NCBI GenBank assembly: GCA_951406725.2
Contig: OX597817.1
Location: forward strand, 31,000,001 to 31,064,000
DNA: 64,000 nucleotides
DNA from: Octopus vulgaris
Taxonomy: Eukaryota
Direction of reading: 5' to 3'
The notes beneath the pieces are model-generated. The model was not told the DNA's origin. It did no database searches and saw only the letters and a program-made list of their open reading frames with translations. The position numbers were made by a program, and so were the translations under genes. Each line of letters begins with the position of its first letter. Position 1 is the stretch's first letter. Below are positions 39,893-54,376 of the stretch, piece by piece.

Positions 39893-40021
39893 GTGGTTAA
39901 CTTTATAGTTACAAGGCAATGTTCGTTGAAACAGACTATGATTATGAAATGAGCTGCTCGCAAATATATCGATTTGACTATTTCGCTTTCACCCTTTGGG
40001 GCAGCTACAGATGCTTCATGT
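39893..40021 (+). other. Candidate host exon (5'UTR plus a possible start at 39919)
   Basis: Acceptor tttctttgtctttgcag| and donor |gtaagt; 129 nt of apparently non-repetitive sequence. Confidence 0.3.
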
Positions 40022-41769
40022 GTAAGTGCTTGCGAGTGTGTATGTATGTTTGTGCCTGTGTGTGTGTGACTTATTATATAGCATCATTGTTACCGCAGGC
40101 GAACTTAACGCCGACGATTGTACTGCTGTTAATGTAACTTCTGTTATTACTTCCTTGACAAGATTTTGTTTATCTCCGCTATCTGTGCCGCTTGATTTCA
40201 TTTAATGCTTGTATCTCTAATGTTAGTAAATAGTTGCATTTAAACGAAGGTGACCTTTCAGTTTATAACAAGGTCTTCTTTTATTCGTTCTTGCCATATT
40301 TCATTATCTAAGAAAAAGAAATGATAGTTTATACAAACACAACTGTTATCCCACTGAGAAACAATTGTATTTTGCTGAAGAAAAATGGCTCAATGTATCA
40401 TAGTTCAAGCACCACCTACAGAGAATATCGTTAGAGGTAAAATGTTATTAAGAACCAATGAAGTGTTAGAATTATAATAGAGAATTTTGCTTATGCACTT
40501 TGAGAACTATATTCTTAACTGTGCTTACACGAAATCAAACTTGACATATCAGTAATAATAATAAACGAGTAGACCTCCAAACAATTCTCACCTCGTGTCA
40601 TGCTGGCTTAGAAAAGCCTACGGTTTCATCGTAATTTGTTTTCCTTAAACCTCTGAAAGAGACAAAGCGCCCATGCAGTACGTTCCTCCGTATTTTCTTA
40701 TCGATTGGACGTCTTGAAATAATGGCTTTAAATTTTTAATCATAACTAGTTTTGAATTCTATAATATCCGCCATCTTTGAATCGTTTATTTTAAATTTGT
40801 TGTTCAGGTCATAAGATTTTATATAAATTTTTCACACAAATTTACACTGAATTCTTCATATTTGTATTATCTCTGTTTAATTTCTAATTAAAGAAAAAAG
40901 AAAATATAACCAAAACAAAATGATGGAAATGTTCATAATAATCTGGTATGAAAGTAAGTTTGTAGAATAAAAGATATCTTGGGAAATCAGAACAACAATG
41001 CGGTTTCAAGTCTCCATCGAAATCGTTTACCTCTCACATCACCAATGCCTAAGAAAATCACGAACATCAGGTCTGCTCGATCAAGAAGAGTTATGAATGC
41101 CAAACTATTTGTTATGTTGAGTTACACTACACCAGAGTCGATAAAGTAAATATATGGTAGATCTATTCAATCAATTGTGCTTTCCTTAAACGACTGGCAT
41201 TGAAATTATTCCAAAGTGATGAATAATATTTCAGTATATAACAATGTTCAAGTTTATACTGGTATAGCTTTTTAGTTAAGAAGTATGACTGACATGAAGA
41301 TTTTCCTCAATAAAATTCAACTTCTAATCTATTAATACGCTGTCTATCTCTTCACTCTACTTTTTCTAACACTGCTACAATGTTCTCTGCTACTTTGATT
41401 AAACAGACAGTGTTACGTATCACATTTTACTTTCCCTTGTTACCCATACTGTGTACCCCCACCAGACCCCACATTAACCACTATTCTCAATCCTTCCTTT
41501 GCAAAGTGTCATCCATTTAAAAAATATTTTTGGCTGTAGTCTTTGGCTGGCAGTTGTTGTTCAAGATGGACGCCAACCGTATCAAACGCACCAGCAAAAA
41601 ACTACAAATATCAATCTTGAATTGTTGTATCAGTGAATTCAAAATTCCATATTACAAAAGATAATTGTAAATCAAAAATACATTCTGGAAAGAAAATCTA
41701 CGAGATCAAAAGCTAAAACATCCATCTAAAAACACAGAAATATTATAAATATATTTTTAAATTTCCCCT

Positions 41770-42816
41770 CAATATCACCCAGAAAATGGAGAGCCAAAAT
41801 GGGCATGATCAACACCTAATACCTTTTTATTAAAAAAGAAGGCAAGAAAACGGTGAAAATCTACATGAAGGTAGGCACCGTGTATGGAGAGGATGCTTGT
41901 ACGGAACATGTGTGCCAGAAGTGATTTTCATGATTTCGATAGCGAAATGTTGTGGTCCTTGCAGAGGCCGGCTAACTGAGATTAACAGCGTCACTAATCC
42001 TCGTTATATGACTAGGATGGTCACTTATATTCTCCAAACATCCAATATCCAAATAGAGTATTGAAAACCATCTGCATCAACTTACCTACGCCAGCAGGCA
42101 CGATGTTTAGGTCCCACATTAATTGAATGAGGCTAATCTTATCCAACGGATATTCATCTGCGATTCGTTGCAGAAAGGTAAAGAGAATGGTGACAGAGGC
42201 CGAAAAATGAATCGTTTATAACAGTGTTGAGCCCAAACTATCATAGGAGAAGCTCAACAAACCACTACAAACAATCTTCACAGCAGGATTTGAGTCGAAG
42301 AAGGTTATGTTTTCAATTTGGTGGGATTTAAAAGGTGTTGTCTTTTAGAGATCTTTTCCACGGGCAGGATCATGAATTCAGATGTACACTGTGGCCATCT
42401 GATCAAATTAAACATAGCGATCCACCACGAGCGTCCAGCACTTGCTATTCGTAAGAGCATTGTTTCTCAACATGAGAATACAAGACTGCACACTTCTTAG
42501 CAAACGCAACAGAGGTTATTGAGCCTGGGTGGGAAGATTTGCCACACCCTCTATATTCACCTGACCTTGCGCCTTCAGATTTCCACCTATTTTGGTTTCT
42601 TCAAAATTCATTGAATGGACAGACCTTCAATTCTGAAGAGGATGTAAAAACAGAAAATTCTTTCAGCAGGAAATAATGCATCTCTGCACAAATTGGCAGA
42701 ATATACTGCAATGAAATATTAATTATATCATTGATTCAATAAATTGCTTTGTGTTTAAAACTTGTGTCTGATGTTCGCTTAAAAAAAACCTTGAGGATTT
42801 TTTGATGAAATCAATA
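41770..42816 (+). mobile_element. Decayed mariner element with transposase pseudogene
   Basis: HENTRLHTS (cf. HDNARPH) and LPHPLYSPDLAPSDFHLF..LQNSLNGQTF; homologous to 22102-22795. Confidence 0.85.
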
Positions 42817-43342
42817 ATTTAGGATGGGGATGCAGGCGTAAAAAAAGTTTATCATTCTACTTATCAACGTTTGGAAGCAAAGCAACTACCATCATATCAA
42901 ATAAACATTCACACACGTTCGTGCTCACGTGTAGGCAGTCAAGCAGTCCAAAATTTTCGTTTTTCAGTTATTATGTTAGCGATACCCTGTGATGGTAAAT
43001 CAACAGACGGGAACATTAATTGAAATAGATTATTTATCAATAAAAGATATTTAGCGAGAATTGGTCACTTCTAGATGCATGAAATCAAAACGAAAGCCAA
43101 TAAATTGCTGGTATGTTGTCTGACAAGATGGTATAACTTCATTAGTGCTTAACTTGAGCTATTATTTCTTGTGATAAACGTAGAATTGTTCATCTTTCTT
43201 AGTCTCTTTTTAATATAAAATAACTGGTACAAATGCACACACTCACAGAAACAAACATACGTACACACACACACACATTCCCGCGCACACACATACATTT
43301 AGTATGGGGAGGGGGAGGGGGAGGGAGAAAAACAGAAAGAGG

Positions 43343-43660
<318 letters not shown>

Positions 43661-44039
43661 ACTTAATAATGCAATGCTGTTTAAGTAGGGTTTTCGTGGG
43701 TGGAAGTAACTTGCAAATGTTGGGAGGTCTTTCTAGCGTGTGTAAGTAGGGTTTTCGTGGGTGGATATCGTTTCATACATTAAGGCTACTGTGTACGTTT
43801 ATTCGTATTCATGTGTACGTTGTTTACAGCAATTGGTATGTTAATCATAAAAGCTACAGATCTAGAGGAATACAGTTCGTACTTAGGAATGGTGATTTGG
43901 CTATTAATAGGCATAACAAGGAGTTATTTAATGCTGAATGAAGCAATTTTTATTGTGAGAGTAAAATATTTCTGTATGGAACTGTTGTAAGTAGACAGGT
44001 CGATATTGGTATAGTAGGTGCGCGAATGCCCACTCACAT

Positions 44040-44310
44040 ATACTGACTACCCCTTCTTCAAGAATTTGGATAACTTTTTGATAGGAAAAAACATTTAATT
44101 CCGACGATGCTGTAAAACAGACCTTCCAAGATTTTATTGACTCTAGATTGCCAGACTTTTACAGTTCTGGGCTGGACAAACTACCACTGAAATGGCAAAA
44201 GTTTATTGACAATATGGGTGCATACTTTGATGAATAAAGCTTTTCCTTGTATTTATAAAACATTAGCAAACTTTTTCTGTTCTACAAATTTCATACTTGA
44301 CGACCTAATA
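44040..44310 (+). mobile_element. Mariner 3' fragment with right TIR
   Basis: TDYPFFKNLDNFL..FNSDDAVK..F..FIDSR..FY.SGLDKLP.KWQKFIDNMGAYFDE*; ends GACGACCTAATA. Confidence 0.8.
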
Positions 44311-44881
44311 TGTACGATAAATTACGTACCAGTTGCGTACTGGGGTTGATCTTATCGACTGGCCTCCTCCCACAAAATTTCAAGCCTTGTGCCTATAGTA
44401 GAAATGCTTATTCTGTACCCACATCACTATATTCCTTCCTTTGTTTTTGCGAATGTGTGAAACCAAAAATTCTTACTGTGGCAAAAGTTCGACCCCAGTT
44501 CATCACAGTTATTTTATCAAATCAGGAAGGATGAAAAGCAAAGTCGATTTATACAATAATACAGCGGTTCCGTCTGCAGAAAAATCAATAGAAAAGTTTA
44601 TGTTAATATTGTGTATTATTACAGAGCTAACTTGAAAATGATATTTGATAGGTGGGAAATGATATAAGTTAATGTCAATTATTTACTTTTTCATTTGGCC
44701 GGCAAATATGAGAGGAAACTTAACCGTATTTTCCAAAATAGAGATTAATGACTCACACGACTGTCTGTTTATTGGCGTAGATGAAGAAAGTAAAGACTGA
44801 AGTCATGAAAAACCGAAACATACCTGTAATTGTCTGCTGCACTAGGTTAAAGCAAAATACTAGTAGTAATTGACTAAAACA

Positions 44882-45295
44882 TTTACTCTTTTACTCTTTT
44901 ACTTGTTTCAGTCATTTGACTGTGGCCATGCTGGAGCACCGCCTTTAGTCGAGCAAATCGACCCCGGGACTTATTCTTTGTAAGTCTCTTTGTAAGTCTC
45001 TTTTGCCGAACCGCTAAGTGACGGGGACGTAAACACACCAGCATTGGTTGTCAAGCAATGCTAGGGGGACAAACACAGACACACAAACACACACACACAC
45101 ACACACATATACCTATATATATACATATATACGACAGGCTTCTTTCAGTTTCCGTCTACCAAATCCACCCACAAGGCATTGGTCGGCCCGGGGCTATAGC
45201 AGAAGACACTTGCCCAAGATGCCACGCAGTGGGACTGAACCCGGAACCATGTGGTTGGTTAGCAAGCTACTTACCACACAGCCACTCCTGTGTCT
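44882..45295 (-). mobile_element. SINE family C
   Basis: Match to the 20390 copy. Confidence 0.88.
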
Positions 45296-46554
45296 ATTGT
45301 TTTTGATTTTTTGCGGATGGGTGGATGCTTATTAGACTAAGTATGGCTGTTTGGTTTAGAAGTTCACTTTGTAAATATGTGGTTTCGGGTTCGATTTTGC
45401 ATCGTGCCTTCTTAGGAAAATTCCTTCTATCATAGCATTGGGTTAATCAAAATATTCTGAGTGAAATTGAATTGAGAGAGACTACGTTGAAACCTGTAAG
45501 GAAGATGGTTCATTTCTGGGTTGTTGCTTTAACTCATCACTCGGCTTAACATCACCACCCTGTCCTCGTCAGTGAATTTAGCAAAACGTTCTCCGTTACA
45601 AGCATTTGGCCTAAAAATAACACTCTTTCTTCTTTTCACATGTCTCAGATTCTCTGAAAAGTTTTCACAAGCCTACCCCTCTGCCACTGACAAAAGCCAT
45701 TAAAGAAATTAATATGTTACCAGCTTGTTAATGCTTCATGATATAAATAGGTTAACGCTAACGTATTATAATAATAATTGCTTGTCTACAAATATTTTGT
45801 TCCTTGCTAAACAATAGCGACTTGTACTAAATAATCAATGACAGATATTTATGAATCTGACTTTGTTTTCAAATCTATTGATTTAAACTTTTATTCTCTT
45901 CAGTATCTATAGCATTTGGAATAAAGAAGAAAAGAAACTAAATTCATAGGATATTTTTTTTTAAATCCATTGTTTCGAGTGTAAAATATTTTCATTATAT
46001 GTAAAGATTAGCAAAGTAACAGTGGAAAATTTGTATTAAGTTGCTGTTTGAAACTCAAATAAACACATTGACATGCAGACATATGCACAATGACTCTTAC
46101 ATAGTAGCACATAAATGCATACATGGATGGGTCTGCGTCACTTTCGACGATGCATCATTAGAGCAACTGAATTACCTGTTCATTAAATTAATGTATAAGG
46201 GGTTTAGCATTTCACAGATTGGTATACCCTGAAGGTAATTCCTGTGCAGAATCAGCGAAACATGCGTGACAAAGCTGTGCGTTTGAATTACTGGCACAAT
46301 CAGTTTTCATATCGGTTTTGAGGTCAGTGGAACAATACTTTTTGAGTTCTGTTTATTGTTTTGAAATTTTATCATTTAGAAAGAGGCAACAGAAGTCACT
46401 GGTGGTAGGATAGGGGAAAGCCACTTGCTGTAAAATATGTCACTACCACAAAAAAATCTTTCATCGAGTACCAAAATGTTGGACAATCAGAAAAGTCGTT
46501 TTATGAACACAATTATAAAAGAAATAGACTTGCTCCCTTAATAAACGCATATTA

Positions 46555-46845
46555 TGCGTATGTATGTATATATGTATGTATACATGTATATGTATGTATA
46601 CATGTATGCATGTATGTATGTATGTATGTAGGTAGGTATGTATATATGTATGTATGTATGAATACATATATGTATGTACGCACGTATGTATGTATGTATA
46701 TATGTATGTATGAATACATGTATGTATGTACGCACGTATGTATGTATGTATGTATGTACGTATGTATGTATGTATGTATGTATGTATGTATGTATGTATG
46801 TATGTATGTATGTATGCATGCATGTACGTGTGTGTGTGTCTGTGT
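46555..46845. repeat. (TATG)n microsatellite
   Basis: Direct; source of the HTYI/MYVC ORFs. Confidence 0.95.
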
Positions 46846-47506
46846 TTTCATCTATTTTTATTATTTGAATTCTTCCTCTGAAGAAGGAGCTGATTTCTAA
46901 CATAGATACATAGCTCCATCGTTGGAATGTAAATAACAACAAACAAAGTTATATTTTAAATTTGATAAAAGTTTTGCATATTTTTAACAATCTCAGTTAC
47001 AGATATATATTTGTTATGAATGAGTTAGCTGGTCGATTTCTTTTCTGAAAACTCCAGCTTACACAGATTGTCACCTAAGGACTTACAAACCACGTTCACC
47101 AATTACTGGTATAAATGTAAATATATAATCTGGAGATTTCGAAGCAGTTCTCCATAATTATTCTCTCTTCCTTTGATTCTCAGAGAAATATTCACATCAA
47201 CAAGGCAGCTGTAATCTATAACGGTACGTTAATTTTCTTGTGCCCCAAAATACAATATTTGGCCTGTTATGTTTACACTTGAAAGAGATTTTGATGGAAA
47301 TGTTCCACCAATATTCCTTGTATTGGTGTTTGTGTATGCATCCAATAGCATTGAGATTCTTTGTATTTATTCTAGGAGAGTTTTTTTTTTCCGAATGCCA
47401 TTATATAATCTTAGCAATATCTTGTCGTATAGAAAGGTGGCATTTAGAGTTAGCTGCAATCACATGTCACATGTCCTCCGCAGAAATATGACATGTATAC
47501 GCGCAC

Positions 47507-47579
47507 GTGTGTGTGAGTGTTTGTGTGAGTGTGTGTGTGTAGATATATGTATATATGTATGTATCTGTCTATATATATG

Positions 47580-47630
<51 letters not shown>

Positions 47631-47707
47631 GTATATATATATATGTACATATATATATACATATATATACATATATATATATATGTACATATATATATAC
47701 ATATATA

Positions 47708-47762
<55 letters not shown>

Positions 47763-47770
47763 ATATATAT
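47507..47770. repeat. (TG)/(TA)n microsatellite
   Basis: Direct. Confidence 0.95.
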
Positions 47771-47774
47771 CTAA

Positions 47775-47907
47775 ATCTGTTGAAGAGCGTAGGCTCGAAA
47801 CGTAAAAGACTTGTTTTATTTATATTCCTGAGCGCCATACTAATACAATTGTTTGTTTGTACTCCACCTGCCTTCGTCTTTTGTTTATTTTCATAAAGCT
47901 TCCCGTT
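47775..47907 (+). mobile_element. Hammerhead-bearing short element, family H2
   Basis: CTGTTGA-A-GAGC-GTAG-GCTC-GAAACGTA-aaag at 47777-47808; homologous to 56005-56204; flanked by (TA)n on both sides. Confidence 0.65.
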
Positions 47908-47967
<60 letters not shown>

Positions 47968-48620
47968 TAGCAATTAAGGACAAATACATATATATATATG
48001 TATATATGTAAATATTATTATAATAAGTGTATTGAAATGATTACAACACCAATCTGTTAGAAATAGACCCCAAATGATCTAGGAACCACAAAGTTGTTGG
48101 CGAGGAAAATAGACACCGAAGACGACTGCATTGAATTAAGGACCATTGAAGAATGTAGCTTTGGGGATCCTAACTCGTTAATTATTCCCTGCCTTTCTCA
48201 AATCAAAAAAGCGTGCACGTTTGAAAGTCAAAACATATGATAACGCGTCTTCACAAAACATTAAAGTGCGCTGAGTCATACAGGCTATCTGAAAATGCGC
48301 ACGCGCATTCAACTGTCAAGGGTAAAATTATCTCCGTCCAATCAAAAAACAGCTGGCAGACTATTGGCGTATAAGGCTGTACGCACACACCGCGTAGAAA
48401 TTTCTATGTTTTAGCGATTTTGAATGGATATGCCCATAATTTGTCGATTTTTTTAATGGCTTTCTGGGATGACTGGGGAAATGAAAAGAGCTTCACGACC
48501 ACCCTCAGACAGTTTTGAAAGCCCATAGAAAATGCAAGCCATTTACGTGAAAAACTGTGGATTTGTATAAAGGACATACATAGACACACAGATACACAGC
48601 CATTTTGCCGTTTATATATA

Positions 48621-49019
48621 TACTAGCAGTATCGCCCGGCGTTGCTCGGGTTTGTAAGGGAAATAACTATATAAGCATTTTTAGAGAGTTATAGCCAAAA
48701 AATAGCAAAAAAAATGCATTAAAAATTGAAAAAAAAATTAAGGTAAATTTTTTTTAAATCGTTGACACATCGTAGATATTTTTAGAGAGTTACTTCCTTA
48801 TATAAAAGCGAAAAAAATGCATTAAAATGGAAAAATATGATGGTAAATTTTTTTTAAATCGTAGACTCATCGTAGACGCGCGCTAATACCCAGAAGGGCT
48901 CGATATGAATCACGACTATAAGATACCCGCTTTTGGTTAAACTGCACCGCAAAATGTGGGAGTAATTACGAATGTAAATCGAAGGGGACAGACACACAAC
49001 TTCACTCTTATATAAAGAT
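48621..49019 (+). mobile_element. Non-autonomous Helitron/HINE-like element
   Basis: First ~80 bp near-identical to 23986; internal tandem subrepeat; ends GACAGACACAC..TTATATAAAGAT. Confidence 0.6.
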
Positions 49020-49807
49020 GCTTTTTTTTTCAGTCATAGAGTTAGATTTATGAAGGTCTTCAGTAGAAAATCCTTCGAATTCTGACTCGCTGCTTGATAT
49101 AATGAAATTCGTATCCATTTTTTGTCAGAATTACAAATTTTGAAAACACAATAGGAACAAATTTCGGAAAAAAATCTCCCATAATTCACGGAATTAAAAT
49201 TACACTTCGATTTTTGTAAAAAACTGTATTTGAAGTGTTTACGAAGTATAATACGTGTTTTCACGAATGTACTAAAGAGATTTGCTCTGAAATTCTCATT
49301 TAAATATGAATAGGTAAATTCGGGCGGTTTGGTAACGAAAGGGTTTATATAAGTGTCGTCTGTTTATACATAAACACTGTTTCATAGTTTCAGTTTAGTC
49401 TTCCTCAAATCACTGTCGCTAATTTACTCTCTTCCAAGAACATTTTCACTCACTGTTATCTGTTAGCTTCCCATACATTTTACTCATGTATCTATCAGCG
49501 TGATAGACAGAAACAAATATTACATTTACTTTCATTTTATTCGTTGCCCACTGTGTGTGTGCGTTTGCGTGTGGTGTAAACCAGACTAAGAAAAGCATTT
49601 GACACACACACCAGAATGTGAGTTTTCTGTAAATTTTGCTTAATTGGAGTTTAAATTTTAAAAACTGGACCTGGCATGACGCGATGCATTGTACTCTCAA
49701 AACTGCTAGGTAAATTGTAATTGAAGAAATCCTATATTGTAGATTTCTATAACTCCCAAAGGGAGGCAGATAAAATCTGCCTTTTATAATAAGATATATA
49801 TATATAT

Positions 49808-50176
49808 ATATTACATAAAATCCGTTCAGTCTGTCTGTGTGTGTGTCTTGTAGGATCTCGGGCATCCTCAATCCAATTGCACTCAAATTTCATATATAGA
49901 TACCGACGGTATCAGGCCGTGTATAAGTCTTGGAAAAACTACAAAAATCGATTCCTGGTGAGAATGCGATCGATAAAGCCGTGGAAACGTGCATTTGTAC
50001 GAGCAAGTACATCAGTCGAAATCCGTCTGTTGCTGGTGTCTCAAATTTAGGTTAAATCAGTTTTTTTCAAAGGGGTGTCCAATGGGACGGTCGGACAAGT
50101 TGTTTTGAGAAAACTTGGTTTAAATGTTTGACAACTCAGCACCGTCCATTGGACGGGGGGCGGCGTTTTGCTCGTA
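49808..50176 (-). mobile_element. Helitron/HINE-like element
   Basis: TCTGTCTGTGTG block, CCAATTGCACTCAAATTT, terminal GCTCGTA resembling the TACTAGC start. Confidence 0.4.
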
Positions 50177-53041
50177 TATATATATATATACAGATACATG
50201 TGTGTGTATCTGTGTGTCTGTGTATCTACACATACAGAAACAGCAATATTATGACTGACTGGATAAAATGCTGATCTGGCTCTCTTCTTTTGTGAGGGAA
50301 CTTTAACTGTTGGTTGGAGATAAACAACTGAACTATTGAAGAAATTTAAAGAATACAAATATATAGGTTTGAAAAGATATACAATCCTACTTACATACGC
50401 TCATCCATATATACACTCACAAAGAAAACGCGTTACCAAAAACAATTTAAATCTTATTCTGGGAAGGCAACAGTTGTTAGATTATATGTTAGAATACATT
50501 GAAAAAATATGAACCATGCATTTTCTATTTCTTCTTCACTAAAATTCAGAATTTTCAGGATTTCTATAGTGAAACCGATATTTAATTTATAAATAAACGC
50601 TCAAAATGAATTAGAAAGGATATATGTATAATTTAGAAACATGCAGAGATATTATCAAAATCTCCCTCAAATCACACACTATTAAAAAAGAAAGAGCGAC
50701 TGAATGTGTGGTGCTATGTGTACAATACCTGAAAAAAGTGATGGTCACGTATGAAATGTCTTTTAGGAGAAGTCTGACCAATCCGGATATGCATGATACG
50801 TGATACGACTGAAGTTGCAATCACATTAAATAAGAGTTGTTTGGTAGTTTGAAATGCAAATATAAGTTTTGCATTAGAAATATATCTTATACTAATATTA
50901 AGCATTACTTACCAATTATTCTATTTTATAAATATTGTAAGTGCACTTAAATCAGCTTAAATCAACATTTCTGATTGTAAGTTAGCTTTTCACTACTGCA
51001 TGGTTTTAAGAGTAATTATTGCTGTCACTCAGATCTCACGCGATGCCTGTTGTAGTTACGTGCGTCTAAGCTAATTTAGGCACATAATTTTTAAATGAAA
51101 TATTTGATTAGTAACGTTTTACAGCTGTTTTAGAATACTTATTTTCGCCGTAGTTTTTGTTTTCGACCTAGTGTCACCCTAAGACTTACTTTCTTTGTAG
51201 CCTAGAATCCCTAACCTATAATATCAAACCAAGATACACACATTGACTGTTTGTCACATATTGATTATCTTTCTGTTGGTATATACGTGAATTTAAATTA
51301 ATCAATGTGCATTGAATTTGAGCGAAGAAATGAAATTCATACGTTTGCGTACAAAGAATTGGTGTACTTACTTCACGCTTGTATAATTATTTATTCCCTA
51401 GATCAAATGTCTACGTTTTTGCTTCACTATTTGTAATGTCATAGGCTTTAACACTACAACCTGACACTTGGGTGCCTTTAGTGGAGATCACTCTGTTGCA
51501 AGAATTAGGGGTGTCTTCGATCTGGCGATAACAGTCTTCTTTCCTCCCACCGGTCTGATTGATTCCTGATGCTTCTGATATATTTTGAATTAAGTAGAAC
51601 CCATCTAAAACTTGTCCCATTAGCCTAAAACTTGCGATGGAAAATGGAGTTGGCAACGTTCATCGAATAATGACCTGCACGTTGAGAAATGGTTACATTC
51701 TGCTCATCACATTCTGAGAACCTTTACCGACCTCAGCACTACTTTAATTCACTGCATGGAACAACAAAGCTAAATACGGAAATACATTTAAATCATTAAT
51801 ATTTGTAACTGATCAAGCAGATCTCACATTTTAACGGAACGGGAAATTGTAAGCTGTGACATTCATGATCTGAAATAACTTAAATCATGTATAGAAACCC
51901 CTTTCTGTTCATCTATCCACACATAGTAACATGAATTTTGACACAAGCACAAGCTCCAGATTTAGTGAAGAGGAGAAATGAAATGATGTGACAGCAACAT
52001 TTTCTTCTAAGGATAAGTACGGTAATAGTAAAGAATGATGGTTTTACACGGGGATTAGAAACAGCGTTGCAAGATCATCACGCCAAGGAAATGAAAGATA
52101 TGCCGTAACACTATATAAGCAATCCCACGACCTTTCACCACTACGTCTAATTTTAACACCTCAATAACTGCGACCTGTTTTTCTACATAGGAATATATTC
52201 CTCAGCATTTTCTTTTAGTAACTGCAGAGTTGGAACCCTTCCATCTATGGACTTATTGTATAAGACATTCTTGAACATTCAATGTTTTATCAAATATTTC
52301 CAGAAGTAAAAGATTTTGCATTCAGAATCCTTTCAGAGTTATACAACCCGATTATACCCAGACCCCAGATTCCAGAACTGCAGCATTAATATATTCAATG
52401 TATCAAACTAAGGTATATAAATGTTATTATTTATTTTATTTGTTCTTCACAAAGATTACTTTTGACTAGTCATTGTTAATAAGCTTCTATTTTGCAGAGG
52501 AATAAGAGTTATTGTGTTCATGCAGTCCCATATATATTCTCTTTTGTTGCTTTTTCTTTCTTCTATTCTTTCAATTTCTGTCATTCTTTCGTTCTTTTCA
52601 CATTTCGTACTTTCTCTTTATACCAGCAGATCTGTTATTAGTAGCTTGTTTTATTTCTTTTCTTCGTACATTGTTTTTACTTTCACTTTCCCCCTTATTG
52701 ATTATCATTCTAAGAATCCGGTATGCTAAAGAAATTTGAATTTCTTTTTTTAAAAAGAATACCAAGACAACCCTTTGTTTTTTTTTATTCTTTTTATCAC
52801 ATACTCACGCTTGAAAAATGAGAGAAAAAAAACTTCTATTTAAGCTGTATAGTTTTGTACCAATATATTGAAGAAATTAACCATATTTCCAAAGTTCCAG
52901 ACGTACAGACTTCCTGGAGATACGTTTTTCGTAAACAACTAATAGTCGGAAAGAGAGCGAGAGGAGAAAAGGCGGATATTTTTTTAAGCTACTTCGGCCG
53001 AGCGTTGTTCTCTGTTAATCTGTAGCTGCAAATTCCAGATT

Positions 53042-53082
<41 letters not shown>

Positions 53083-53162
53083 TACGTTTATAGATATGTA
53101 TACGCACCTGAATATGCATACATTCTATAACGAGAGAGTGCCTGCTTTGTAAAAATGTTTAG

Positions 53163-53209
53163 CTATATATACATACATATATATATATATATATATAGAT
53201 GTATATGTG

Positions 53210-53296
<87 letters not shown>

Positions 53297-53335
53297 TCAT
53301 GTATATTATGTTTGTGTGTGTGTATGTGTGTGAAT
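53163..53335. repeat. (TA)n-(TG)n microsatellite
   Basis: Direct. Confidence 0.95.
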
Positions 53336-53679
53336 GAATGAACAATTCAATTCCATTCTTTTATTTATGTAAGCATATATAATGTCATATAAGTCCGCGC
53401 TACAATAATAAAATATTTAAAAACACCACCAGAATAATAAATGCGACTGATTTTGGCAGGAAGCCTGAAATTTTTGTTGCTAAGAGGAGCAGTAGATTGC
53501 CTTAACCATAGTCATTGGTTGGTACTTTGTTGACCAAAGAAGGATAAAAAAAGCAAAGTTGTTTGGCTAGATTTGAACTCTGGTCGTAGGAAGCCAGAAA
53601 TAACCCAAAGTATTCTAATCCAAAGTTCTAGCTACTACGTCAATTTGTCATCTTAATAATAATGATAATCTTTTCTAGT

Positions 53680-53884
53680 AGAGGCACAAGGCCTCCAGTT
53701 TACGGGAAGGTATCTAGTCAATTACATCGACCCGAATGTGAATTGGTACTTATTTTATTGACCCTGAAAGGATAAAAAGCAAAGCCAACCACGGTTGAAT
53801 TTGAGATAAGAACATAAAGACAGAGGAAATGCCGCTTAGCATTTTTTCTGGCGTGCTGACGGGTCTGCTATCTCGCTGCCCTTT
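53680..53884 (-). mobile_element. Degenerate SINE family B
   Basis: GACCCTGAAAGGATAAAAAGCAAAG, GAAATGCCGCTTAGCAT. Confidence 0.6.
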
Positions 53885-53944
53885 AGTAGTAGTAGTATTA
53901 GTATTAGTATTAGTAGTATTAGTAGTAGTAGTAGTAGTAGTAGA

Positions 53945-54362
53945 CATAAAGTGTGGGGGTTTACATATAATGAAGTGATAAAAAGAGTAAGTGTACACGG
54001 TATACACTGAAAAGAAAGGGACATATGCATTGCATACAAATGTAAAAAAAAACAGTGTCGGGGGAGATGATACAGGAAGGCCTCTAGGGATAATCGAAGA
54101 ACCCCACTGTCCACGATTTCCCAGAAACTCCAAGTGCAAGTGCCTTTTCCAATTCCTTCTTTCCGACTCACAGATCTACAGTTAGGGAGGTACCATCCAT
54201 TCTTGCCATTTTCGCAACCATCACCCGCCTTTCAATAAACTCACTCAAGGACAGCACTTCCCTCTCTACTCTCAATTTCGTTTTCAAGTGGAACTTGAAG
54301 AAGTCAATGAGAGCTCTACTAAAGAGGAATGTATCAGTCCTCATGCCTTTCAGCCTTGTCCA
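53945..54362 (-). mobile_element. Non-LTR (L1/Tx1-like) 3' end
   Basis: Manual translation WTRLKGMRTDTFL..LIDFFKFHLKTKLRVERE.L...EF.ERR..* followed by UTR-like sequence. Confidence 0.4.
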
Positions 54363-54376
54363 TCAATAATATTTAT

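Noticed and set aside
46461-47973. Long ORFs rich in YI/HT/CV/MYVC (also at 13, 18784, 33671, 56360, 57155 and elsewhere)
   Set aside because: They are translations of stop-free microsatellites, not proteins.
51372-51674. Minus-strand ORF 51411..51656 between possible splice sites
   Set aside because: An in-frame stop lies just after the acceptor, the other frames are closed and I recognise no motif; it needs RNA-seq.
52920-53040. Slightly CpG-rich, promoter-like patch
   Set aside because: Too short, with no linked exon or clear core promoter motif.
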